From IMG/VR virus record IMGVR_UViG_3300010365_001248, positions 32,001 through 96,000 of that record: a DNA stretch of 64,000 nt; one strand, written 5' to 3'. Below, in pieces: positions 32,618 to 41,331 of this stretch (position 1 is the stretch's first letter; each line of letters opens with the position of its first letter). The translations under genes were made by a program, and so were the position numbers. The DNA is from a virus. Its lineage: Duplodnaviria; Caudoviricetes. The notes under the pieces were generated by a model. That model was given only the letters and a program-made list of their open reading frames with translations, had not been told where the DNA came from and did no database searches.

Positions 32618-33559
32618 ATGTTTTTTACTACAAATAATTTTAATAAAGTTTATACAACTTATAGTTCAAGTTGGGCTGCAAATGGAATAACAACTGGAAA
32701 ATATATTTATGTTAATAAATGTGATTATGATATATTTTTAAAAAATCTTGTAAAACCGAAAGTTTCTTTAGATCCAGATAAAGATATTTTATGGATACAC
32801 CCTTCTTGTGTATTACCTAGAACACAAGTTAGGACTAAATATAAAATTGCTTTAAAAAAAGAAAAAGCCACTGTTTTAGTTTATCCTGATGTAGCTGGAG
32901 AATTATCTAGAAGATATACTAATGAATTTCAAACCTATATTAAAGATGATATATGCTGTTTGCTATATAGATCTTATGATAGGGATTTTGTTTTATTACC
33001 TGGTAATGAAAAATTATTAAAATCTGAATGTATTATTAGTAAACCTTTTAGATATTATGAATGTTGTCAAGAATTTGGTGAATTATGTCAGGATTTTTAT
33101 CAAAATGCTTCTTCAAAAAATTGGGTAAATGAAAGTGAAATTATAGATACTTTGGATTTACCTCCAATTTTACCTCAACATGTAGAGACTATAGTAAGTT
33201 TATTAAAATCTGATTCTAAACAATTAGCTTGGAAAATGTTATCAGAATTAAATTACAAAAGAGCTAGGAATTTTGTTAATCTTTTAATTCGTGATTTTGG
33301 TATAAATCGAATTAAAAAGAATGTATCTATTCAAGCTTTATTAGATTGTTGCCAGTCTTATAATTTAGAGGAATCTTCAGCTGAAGAAATTGACCTTATT
33401 TATCTTTACAAAAAAGAAAAACTTAAAAATGATTTTGAAGCTCATATAAATCGAATTAAAAATGAATTACATATTGATTTTAAATCTGAAATTAAATTAA
33501 CTTTTAATGCCTTAAATACAACTACTTCAATTATACTAGAAAATGAAAGCACAAATTAA
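32618..33559 (+). CDS. hypothetical protein
   Basis: 313 aa ORF. Confidence 0.75.
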   Translation: MFFTTNNFNKVYTTYSSSWAANGITTGKYIYVNKCDYDIFLKNLVKPKVSLDPDKDILWIHPSCVLPRTQVRTKYKIALKKEKATVLVYPDVAGELSRRYTNEFQTYIKDDICCLLYRSYDRDFVLLPGNEKLLKSECIISKPFRYYECCQEFGELCQDFYQNASSKNWVNESEIIDTLDLPPILPQHVETIVSLLKSDSKQLAWKMLSELNYKRARNFVNLLIRDFGINRIKKNVSIQALLDCCQSYNLEESSAEEIDLIYLYKKEKLKNDFEAHINRIKNELHIDFKSEIKLTFNALNTTTSIILENESTN

Positions 33560-34328
33560 TGTTAAAGAATATAATAATGATTTTGGTTCTTTAGTAGCCA
33601 TTAAAAAATTTATTGAATTTTGTGGAAGACTTTGCTATAATAGTAGAGATAAAATAACTCCTAGTTCTTATGATACTTTTTATGATATGCTACTAAAAAG
33701 AGGTCATTTATCTCCACTAGCTCATGGCACAGTGTACTTAACTGTTTCTAATGATTCTAAATGGTTAGCTCAATATGATGAGTATATTCCAAAAGGAATT
33801 TGGAAAAGAAATCCTTGGATTCGAGTAAATCAAGACGCAGATCATCTATTTATAACTACAAATATGCGTTTTATTGAAACTTATAAATTACAAGATTGGC
33901 TACAATATATATCTAATCCTTGCTATATGCACACTTATAGATATACTTTTGAAATAGAAGCTCCTATATCTTGTACTAGAGAATTAAATAGACACGCTTA
34001 TTTACTTAATGGAATCTGTGAAAAATCTACTAGATATATTGATATGAGTGGTGATACTCCATATATTATTACAAAACCTGAAATTATGAAATATATGGAA
34101 ATGGCAACAACGTTTTATGATTTGGCTTTACTTGGTGGAGCTCAAAAACAAGAAGCCCGTGAAGTATTACCTTTAGGAACTATGTCTACGGCTATTTATA
34201 CAGCTTTTGAAGATGATTGGGAAGAAATTCTATCTAAAAGATCTTCTGATGCTGGTGCTCATGGACAACATCCAATGATTAATGAAGTTGCTAATTTAAT
34301 ATATAATTCTATAAAAGATAGAAAATAA
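33543..34328 (+). CDS. thyX: FAD-dependent thymidylate synthase
   Basis: GRLCY, GHLSP and RELNRH...EKSTRY motifs; AREVLP. Confidence 0.88.
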   Translation: MKAQINVKEYNNDFGSLVAIKKFIEFCGRLCYNSRDKITPSSYDTFYDMLLKRGHLSPLAHGTVYLTVSNDSKWLAQYDEYIPKGIWKRNPWIRVNQDADHLFITTNMRFIETYKLQDWLQYISNPCYMHTYRYTFEIEAPISCTRELNRHAYLLNGICEKSTRYIDMSGDTPYIITKPEIMKYMEMATTFYDLALLGGAQKQEAREVLPLGTMSTAIYTAFEDDWEEILSKRSSDAGAHGQHPMINEVANLIYNSIKDRK

Positions 34329-34330
34329 AT

Positions 34331-34369
34331 ATAAATAGCCCTATTTGTTAATAGGGCTATTTATTTTTT
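34331..34369 (+). terminator. rho-independent terminator
   Basis: ATAAATAGCCCTATT-TGTT-AATAGGGCTATTTAT followed by Ts. Confidence 0.8.
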
Positions 34370-34413
34370 ATAATAAACAATATGATTGTAGCTATAATTT
34401 AATAACTACAACT

Positions 34414-34806
34414 ATGAAAAAATTAATATTTACTTTACTATTTATGTTTTCAATTTCTATAGCTCCAGCTATAGGAACTCATTACTATTATGAATGGCAA
34501 AAAGCCATAGGTATTCATCAAATTGAATTTGAAACTGACAAAGATTTAATAATTATTGATTTAGATAAAAATCAAATTATTACAGATTATACAACTTATG
34601 ATATAATAGAGCCTCCTACAAAATGGGCTTGGCATAAAAAATATAGAGAAAAATTTTGTATATTTTTATGTAATGATCAAAATTTTAATAAAGTCTTTGT
34701 TAAATTAATTAAATATACTAAAGATTTTTATATAATTAAAATAAATGATAATTCTTTAGATTATCCAATTAAATGTTATTATACTAAAAAGATATATCGT
34801 AAATGA
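34414..34806 (+). CDS. exported protein (signal peptide)
   Basis: MKKLIFTLLFMFSISIAPA signal-like N-terminus; start 34414 preferred to the TTG inside the terminator. Confidence 0.65.
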   Translation: MKKLIFTLLFMFSISIAPAIGTHYYYEWQKAIGIHQIEFETDKDLIIIDLDKNQIITDYTTYDIIEPPTKWAWHKKYREKFCIFLCNDQNFNKVFVKLIKYTKDFYIIKINDNSLDYPIKCYYTKKIYRK

Positions 34807-35150
34807 AAAAATTATTTATAACTTTATTTTCTTTAATATTATTTAGTTGTTCTGAAAATACTATTAATAAAACTCAATATTATCCAAAAATCAGAAAACC
34901 TATTATATTTAAAGATACTTTAATTTGTAAAGTAGTAAAAGATAGTTTTTCTATCTTTGCTACTAAAAATGAATGGTATTATCATACACAATATTATATA
35001 ATTATGTCAGATTCCTTTAATCAAGGTGATATAATTAGTTTAAAAAACAAAGATATATTTGTTATTGGTAAAATGGGATTAAAATATGGTAATATCTATC
35101 CTATTATTACTATTAAAGAAAAAGGGAATAGACGCAATATAGTTAATTAA
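34803..35150 (+). CDS. putative lipoprotein
   Basis: MKKLFITLFSLILFSC lipobox. Confidence 0.65.
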   Translation: MKKLFITLFSLILFSCSENTINKTQYYPKIRKPIIFKDTLICKVVKDSFSIFATKNEWYYHTQYYIIMSDSFNQGDIISLKNKDIFVIGKMGLKYGNIYPIITIKEKGNRRNIVN

Positions 35151-35353
35151 TGTTTAAAAAAGGAGATTCCGCTATAATTTTTTATAAAGATTTAAAATTA
35201 GATATAACTATTAAATCGGTTAAAAAAGATACTTATATTATTTCTTTTAAAGATTATAGAAATTTAAAAAAGAAACTTGGAATAGGATTTATTCCTATTA
35301 CTAATGAAAAATTAGTAACTAAAAATTTATTACATTGGATATTAACGATATAG
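35150..35353 (+). CDS. hypothetical protein (ends TAG, then TAA)
   Basis: 67 aa ORF. Confidence 0.55.
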   Translation: MFKKGDSAIIFYKDLKLDITIKSVKKDTYIISFKDYRNLKKKLGIGFIPITNEKLVTKNLLHWILTI

Positions 35354-35547
35354 TAACTCTAGAAGAGTTAAAAAAAGAATTTAATAAACCTAATGTTATA
35401 GGTTCAGTTTTTGATACTAAAGATAATATCTGTTATGATCTAAAAGAAAATGTAACTTCTTCTAAAAAATTTTATTTAAGAAAAGTAGAAACTGCATTAA
35501 TTGTAGATACCTGGCTATATAATATTTTTATTGAACCTGTAGAATAA
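35335..35547 (+). CDS. hypothetical protein
   Basis: 70 aa ORF with TTG start. Confidence 0.5.
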   Translation: MDINDIVTLEELKKEFNKPNVIGSVFDTKDNICYDLKENVTSSKKFYLRKVETALIVDTWLYNIFIEPVE

Positions 35548-35694
35548 TGGATAAATGTCCTTTACAACAAACTTGTTTAATTCAATTAGTTCAAAAAGAA
35601 CACATTAGAAAATTAAATGAGAAATTAAAAGATATGCAAGCTCATATTGAACATTTAAATTTGACGCTTGATTATTTAATAACTAATTATAAAA

Positions 35695-36654
35695 ATGATA
35701 AAAAATAAAAATTTACATAAAGCTAAAAAAGAAAAAAATGATGAATTTTATACTCAACTGGCTGATATTGAAAGAGAATGTTATAAATATAAAGATCTTT
35801 TTCGGGATAAAGTTATTTACTGTAATTGTGATGATGCAAGGGAGAGTAATTTTTTCAGATACTTCTCTATGAATTTCGAGTTCTTTGGTTTGAAAAGACT
35901 TATTACAACTGGGTATAAAGCCAACGGACATGGAGTAGCTTTAATATATGAGGGAGATAAAAATGGAAATAGAGTTGTAGATGATGAGGAAATTCAGGTA
36001 GTCGAGTTAGAAGGTAATGGAGACTTTAGATCACCTGAGTGTATAGAGTTTTTAAAACAAGCTGATATCGTCGTTACCAACCCTCCCTTCTCCCTTTTCC
36101 GTGAATATGTGGGACTACTTATGGAATACAACAAGAAATTCCTAATTATAGGTAACTACAATGCTGTAACTTATAAAGAAATTTTTCCCCTTATAAAAAA
36201 CAATAAAATATGGTTAGGTATTCATTCAAATGTGACTATGGAATTTGCAATGCCTGATAGCTATCAAAAATATGATAGAATAGAAAATGGGGTAAAGATA
36301 GGTAAAGTTCCTTCAATTTGTTGGTTTACAAATTTACCTAACAAGAAACGAACTGAATCTTTGGATTTATATAAAAAGTATAATTCAAAAGAGTATCCGC
36401 AATACGACAATTACGACGCCATTAATGTAAACAAAGTGACTGACATTCCTATGGATTATGATGGTGTGATGGGTGTGCCTATCACTTTTCTGGACAAGTA
36501 TAATCCTAATCAATTTGAAATACTAAGTTCTAATGATTATCGAAAATCAGATTCTGTTCCATTCAAAGCACATGGACTTATAAAAGATAAAGATGGAGCG
36601 ATAAACGGCAAACCCACTTACGCCCGCATCCTCATTCGTCGCTTGATTATTTAA
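35695..36654 (+). CDS. adenine-specific DNA methyltransferase, EcoRI family (copy 1, single chain)
   Basis: KNDEFYT, YCNCDD, GDFRS.EC, catalytic TNPPFSLF and GVPITFLDKYNP. Confidence 0.92.
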   Translation: MIKNKNLHKAKKEKNDEFYTQLADIERECYKYKDLFRDKVIYCNCDDARESNFFRYFSMNFEFFGLKRLITTGYKANGHGVALIYEGDKNGNRVVDDEEIQVVELEGNGDFRSPECIEFLKQADIVVTNPPFSLFREYVGLLMEYNKKFLIIGNYNAVTYKEIFPLIKNNKIWLGIHSNVTMEFAMPDSYQKYDRIENGVKIGKVPSICWFTNLPNKKRTESLDLYKKYNSKEYPQYDNYDAINVNKVTDIPMDYDGVMGVPITFLDKYNPNQFEILSSNDYRKSDSVPFKAHGLIKDKDGAINGKPTYARILIRRLII

Positions 36655-36669
36655 TAACTAATTATAAAA

Positions 36670-37530
36670 ATGATAAAAAATAAAAATTTACATAAAGCTA
36701 AAAAAGAAAAAAATGATGAGTTTTATACTCAACTAGCTGATATTGAAAGAGAATGTTATAAATATAAAGATCTTTTTAAAGATAAAATTATTTATTGTAA
36801 TTGCGATGATGCTAGAGAAAGTAATTTTTTTAAATACTTTTCAATGAATTTTGAATTTTTTGGATTGAAAAAACTCATTACAACTGGATATAAAGCTAAT
36901 GGACATGGAGTAGCTTTTATATATGAAGGAGATAAAAATGGGAATAAAGTTGTAGATGATGAAGAAATACAAGTAATTAATTTAGAAGGAGATGGAGATT
37001 TTAAATCCCCAGAATGTATAGAATTTCTAAAACAAGCGGATATTATTGTAACCAACCCACCCTTTAGCCTTTTCAGGGAGTATGTAGCCTAGTTGATGAA
37101 ATATAATAAGAAATTTTTAATTATAGGATCTCAGAATGCTATTACATATAAAGAAATTTTTTCTTATATTAAAAATAATAAAATGTGGTTAGGAACTCAA
37201 TTAGTAAAAGAATTTATAACTCCATTAAAAACAATTACTGAAAAAACACAATATTGTAATGATCAAGGACAAATTATTCAAAAATTTGGAAATATTTGTT
37301 GGTTTACTAATTTACCTCATAATAAACGAAATGAAAGTATAGATTTATATAAAAAGTATAATAAAAATGATTATCCTACTTATGATAATTATGATGCAAT
37401 TGAAGTAAAAAAAGTTGCTGAAATTCCTATGGATTATGAAGTTGAAAGAATTGTAACAGAAGAGGAATTAAATAAACTTAATAAGTTAGGATTTACTATT
37501 GAAATACTTGAAGAATATGAAAACATATAA
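36670..37530 (+). CDS. EcoRI-family adenine methyltransferase copy 2, large subunit, with in-frame TAG at 37090-37092
   Basis: Co-linear with copy 1 across the TAG (YVA*LMKY vs YVGLLMEY); stops before the GVPITF block. Confidence 0.8.
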
Positions 37531-37726
37531 AATAAAAATTAAAAATCCTGCTATAGGAGTTCCTATTACATTTATGGACAAATATAACCCAGAACAATTT
37601 GAAATCATAGGAATGGGAGAAGATAATGGCATGGGACAATCAGGTGGAGTTTGGTTAGGAGGTTCAAAATCTTGTTTAGTGAATGGGAAAGCTGCATTTA
37701 AGCGTATTTTCATTCGTCATAAATAA
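37517..37726 (+). CDS. methyltransferase C-terminal module A (separate small ORF)
   Basis: MKTYKIKIKNPAIGVPITFMDKYNPEQFEI...RIFIRHK; homologous to the C-terminus of copy 1. Confidence 0.8.
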   Translation: MKTYKIKIKNPAIGVPITFMDKYNPEQFEIIGMGEDNGMGQSGGVWLGGSKSCLVNGKAAFKRIFIRHK

Positions 37727-37742
37727 CTAATAAAATATTATT

Positions 37743-37919
37743 ATGAAAACTTATAAAATAAAGATTAAAAATCCTGTGATGGGTGTGCCTATCACTTTTC
37801 TGGACAAGTATAATCCAGACCAGTTTGAGATCATTAGATTCAGAAAAGGGAATGATGATAAGGACTTGTCAATAAATGGTAAATGTCCATATTTCCGCAT
37901 CCTCATTCGTCGCAAATAA
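37743..37919 (+). CDS. methyltransferase C-terminal module B (58 aa, not in the ORF track)
   Basis: MKTYKIKIKNPVMGVPITFLDKYNPDQFEIIRFRKGNDDKDLSINGKCPYFRILIRRK. Confidence 0.8.
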   Translation: MKTYKIKIKNPVMGVPITFLDKYNPDQFEIIRFRKGNDDKDLSINGKCPYFRILIRRK

Positions 37920-37936
37920 TTAATAAAAGCAGTAAT

Positions 37937-38416
37937 ATGAAAATAGAACTAGTAAAAACAAAGATATCAGAGTTATTTAGGGGTTACATAAATACTCAGG
38001 AAGATGGTGTAAAAGGTTATAACGGATTATTAAATATACGCCCACCATATCAGAGAGAATTTGTATATAAAGATAAGCAGAGAGATGCCGTAATAGAAAC
38101 AATAAATAAAGGCTTTCCACTTAATTCGATGTATTGGGTAAGAAATAGTGACGGAACGTTTGAATTACTCGATGGACAGCAAAGGACGTTATCTATTTGT
38201 TCTTACCTTAATGGAGAGTTCAGTATAGATGGAAAAGCTTGGCATAACTTATTTCCAGTAGAGCAGAATAAAATTAACGACTACGAATTAATGGTATATA
38301 TCTGTGAAGGAGATGAGGTAGAGAAGCTTGAATGGTTTAGAACAATTAATATCGCTGGAGAAAAGCTAACGGATCATCGAGAGAGTCATCAAGGAATATT
38401 TGGAGGCATAATCTAA
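37937..38416 (+). pseudogene. DUF262 (ParB/Srx-like) restriction-associated protein, truncated near 38375
   Basis: RPPYQREF, LLDGQQRT, WFRTINIAGEKLT, then an abrupt switch to unrelated sequence; no nuclease domain. Confidence 0.75.
38376..38411 (+). pseudogene. probable C-terminal remnant of host guanylate kinase
   Basis: IERVIKEYLEA* immediately upstream of nadD; gmk-nadD adjacency is typical of Bacteroidales (inference). Confidence 0.4.
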
Positions 38417-38435
38417 TATAAATATCCCGACGCGT

Positions 38436-39020
38436 ATGAAAATTGCACTGTTTTTCGGTTCATTCAATCCAGTCCATATCGGTCACGTCGCTTTGGCGAA
38501 TTATGTGGCTGAGTATGGAAATGTCGACAAGGTGATGATGATAGTGTCACCGTTGAATCCGTTGAAGGCAGGCAATACATTGCTTCCAAACGAAGTGAGA
38601 CTTAATATGCTTCGTAAGGCGGTGGAAGGGTACAGCAAGATTGAGGTTTCAGATGTTGAGTTTGGACTTCCAATTCCGTCGTACACATACGACACTTTGG
38701 AATATTTGAGACGAGAGCATCCTGAGCACGAATATATACTGCTGATGGGAGCCGACAATGTGGAGGTTTTCTCAAAGTGGCGTAACTATGATAAGATTCT
38801 TGAAAAGTATCACGTCATGGTATATCCACGTCGAGGATACACGGATGAACTGCCATATAATAATATGAGTAGAATCGAAACACCGATTATAGAAGTGTCG
38901 TCGACATTCATCAGAGAATCGGTGGAGAAGGGCAGAGACGTGAGGTTCTTTCTGCCTGGAGGCATCTACGACGATGTATGCAGAGAAGTAAGAAAAATGA
39001 AAAAAATTACAATAAAATGA
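38436..39020 (+). CDS. nadD: nicotinate-nucleotide adenylyltransferase (host-derived)
   Basis: FGSFNPVHIGH, SPLNPLK, PSYTYDTL, MGADN and SSTFIR; clearly higher GC than the phage backbone. Confidence 0.95.
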   Translation: MKIALFFGSFNPVHIGHVALANYVAEYGNVDKVMMIVSPLNPLKAGNTLLPNEVRLNMLRKAVEGYSKIEVSDVEFGLPIPSYTYDTLEYLRREHPEHEYILLMGADNVEVFSKWRNYDKILEKYHVMVYPRRGYTDELPYNNMSRIETPIIEVSSTFIRESVEKGRDVRFFLPGGIYDDVCREVRKMKKITIK

Positions 39021-39154
39021 AAGATAGAATTAGTGAACTTCTTGAAGAGGTTTCCAAGCTTTCAGCGGAGAATGCAGAGCAGTTGGAGGCACTTAGAATC
39101 AAGTATTTGAGCAAGAAAGGAGAGATTTCTTCGCTGTTCAATGATTTCAAGAAT
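39017..39154 (+). pseudogene. pheS: N-terminal fragment of host phenylalanyl-tRNA synthetase alpha subunit
   Basis: MKDRISELLEEV...LEALRIKYLSKKGEISSLFNDF coiled-coil; breaks off after about 46 codons. Confidence 0.75.
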
Positions 39155-39265
39155 CAACAATTCCGCAATTTTCTATCTCCAACATCCGGGTTATGCGAGA
39201 ATCTAGAAGATTTAGTTGTGTTTTAATTAGAGTTTTAATTAGAGAATCTAGATCTAGATATCCCT

Positions 39266-39460
39266 ATCTATCCTAATCCTGCAACTGATGTTATCACTGT
39301 AACTAACGAGGGTGTTAACAGCGTGGCTGTTTACTCTGTAGCTGGTTCTTTGGTTGCTTCTTCTGAGTCTAACGTAGTTAGCGTAGCAAACTTGGTTAAG
39401 GGTATCTACGTTGTTGCGGCTAACACAGAGGCAGGTGTAATCACAGGTCAGATCATCAAT
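39266..39460 (+). pseudogene. fragment encoding a T9SS (Por) C-terminal sorting domain
   Basis: IYPNPATDVITV...VAVYSVAGSLV...LVKGIYVV; in-frame TAA at 39236 and no start codon before the domain. Confidence 0.75.
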
Positions 39461-39646
39461 AGAGGCTTTAATAAAACTATAGAAGAGTTGCAGAAAGAAC
39501 GAGCTCGGTTAATTGAGGAGCTTGATAAAATTGACGAAAATGGATGTATGGATACTATACTCAGATAACATTACTAGGGATAGAATAGAGAAATTACAAC
39601 AAGATGAATTATAACTCAGGATTATTTATTTAAAAACTGAAAAACT

Positions 39647-39805
39647 ATGATAGTATTACTTTTAGCGATGTTTTTTGCAATTTGTTGTGGAATAGTTGCA
39701 AATAATAAAAATAGAAGCGTAGGTCTTGCTATATTTTGTGGATTTTTCTTTGGAATTTTTGCTTTGATAATTTATTTGCTGTTAGGAAAAAAAGAAAAAG
39801 AATAA
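39647..39805 (+). CDS. small membrane protein
   Basis: 52 aa; two hydrophobic segments around ANNKNRS. Confidence 0.6.
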   Translation: MIVLLLAMFFAICCGIVANNKNRSVGLAIFCGFFFGIFALIIYLLLGKKEKE

Positions 39806-39982
39806 TGAAAAAAATTATTAAATTAATTATATTAATTTTATAATCATTCTAATAATTCTTCTTATGATTGCCCTTATAATTCATGAATATATTTAATAAT
39901 GATATTTGTCTTTTTAATAACAATTGCTCTGGGTATTCATATAATTAATTTATATTATAATATAATAAAGAAAAGAAATAAA

Positions 39983-40501
39983 ATGATAACTTTTGATAAT
40001 GTCATCACTAATTATAACTATGCTCTCGATACTCTTGATAAATATGATTATCAAAAGTTGATTGTAGAGCAAACTACAAATGAGGAACGTTTTCATGCGA
40101 CTTACGAAAATGCTATAGATGCCATAACTTGTATGAAAAACAAATTTGGCGGCAGTTCGCTGTTCGGTAATGAGAAAGATGATTCTTTCAAAAGTTCTAT
40201 CGGACAAATCTACCAGACATTTGGAGGTGTTGATCTCTATCCGTCTGTGGAAGAAAAAGCGGCTATGTTGCTATATCTTGTCACTAAAAACCATTCTTTC
40301 AGCGATGGAAACAAACGGATTGCTGCTGCGTTGTTTCTTTGGTTTATGAACAACAATGGTATTTTGTACGACGAGAATGGAGGCAAACGTATAGCGGACA
40401 ACACTTTGGTGGCTTTGACTTTAATGATTGCTGAGAGTCGTCCTGAAGAAAAAGATATTATAATAAAAGTAATTGTTAATTTAATAAATAAAAACAATTA
40501 A
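39983..40501 (+). CDS. Fic/Doc family protein (resembles the C-terminal half of Bacteroidales RhuM-Fic proteins)
   Basis: HSFSDGNKRIA Fic motif; LYPSVEEKAA; start 39983 or 39899. Confidence 0.85.
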   Translation: MITFDNVITNYNYALDTLDKYDYQKLIVEQTTNEERFHATYENAIDAITCMKNKFGGSSLFGNEKDDSFKSSIGQIYQTFGGVDLYPSVEEKAAMLLYLVTKNHSFSDGNKRIAAALFLWFMNNNGILYDENGGKRIADNTLVALTLMIAESRPEEKDIIIKVIVNLINKNN

Positions 40502-40849
40502 ATGAAAAAGAAAATTTATTTCTGCGTAGATTACGACACCTACGAAAGCTATAAATCTGACGCTTGGACTTCAATGTGTTATTTGTTTTCGATAGATTAT
40601 TGCAGCACTGACGAAATTATTAATACAGATCGTCTGGACTGTTGGGAAGGCTTGATAACAACTTCAATGGCACATTTATCGTTTGATTTGATAGATAAGT
40701 ATGATATCTATCTATGTTATAAAGATAAACGTGTGAAAATAGAAGAGCATATGGATTTAGGAAATAGCGATATGGATCTTCGCAGAGGGCATAGTATTTT
40801 CAAAATTTTTAGAAGCGGAATTTTTGATTATGTTTTAGGGCTGGAATAG
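40502..40849 (+). CDS. hypothetical protein (ends TAG)
   Basis: 115 aa ORF. Confidence 0.65.
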   Translation: MKKKIYFCVDYDTYESYKSDAWTSMCYLFSIDYCSTDEIINTDRLDCWEGLITTSMAHLSFDLIDKYDIYLCYKDKRVKIEEHMDLGNSDMDLRRGHSIFKIFRSGIFDYVLGLE

Positions 40850-40851
40850 AG

Positions 40852-41331
40852 ATGGGGATAATAATAAAAACGCTAAAAAAGGAGTTCACTTTTGAATTTA
40901 TTACATTCAATGGTGAAAATATGTCAGAAGTATTATCATTTATTTCACTGAGGCGATTAAATAGTAGTGGAGATATTTTCGAGGATTTTATGAAACGCCC
41001 AGAAGATATTCCTAATTTAGACGAAGAAGAAATGAAAAAATGGTGGACATCTACTGGCACTATTACGAAAGAATTTAGATATAATCAAGAAAAGGAAATT
41101 AATTCACATAGTCTTAGCAATATGCCGCTATGGAGAAAAGATGAACTATTTAAAGTGGATATGAAATTAAATAAATCTGGTTATATGAGATTGGTATTTT
41201 TCAAAAAGGGAGATACTATTATATATTGTGATAAAATGGAACTAGATGATGAAGCTAATTTTACTATCTTAGAAGGATCTATGACTGAAGAGGAAATTAA
41301 AAAATATATAGAAGATCATTACGGTATATAA
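40852..41331 (+). CDS. hypothetical protein
   Basis: 159 aa ORF. Confidence 0.65.
   Translation: MGIIIKTLKKEFTFEFITFNGENMSEVLSFISLRRLNSSGDIFEDFMKRPEDIPNLDEEEMKKWWTSTGTITKEFRYNQEKEINSHSLSNMPLWRKDELFKVDMKLNKSGYMRLVFFKKGDTIIYCDKMELDDEANFTILEGSMTEEEIKKYIEDHYGI

Larger units (their letters stand above)
36465..37913 (+). repeat. identical 42 nt (36465-36506 = 37775-37816) and 19 nt (36624-36642 = 37895-37913) direct repeats flanking variable MTase segments
   Basis: Direct sequence comparison. Confidence 0.9.

Noticed and set aside
35695-37919. Diversity-generating retroelement acting on the MTase
   Set aside because: No reverse transcriptase in the window; variants differ by whole unrelated segments, not by adenine-specific substitutions.
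37883-37936. N-terminal extension of the DUF262 ORF from 37883
   Set aside because: It overlaps MTase module B in another frame; the ATG at 37937 is the more plausible start.
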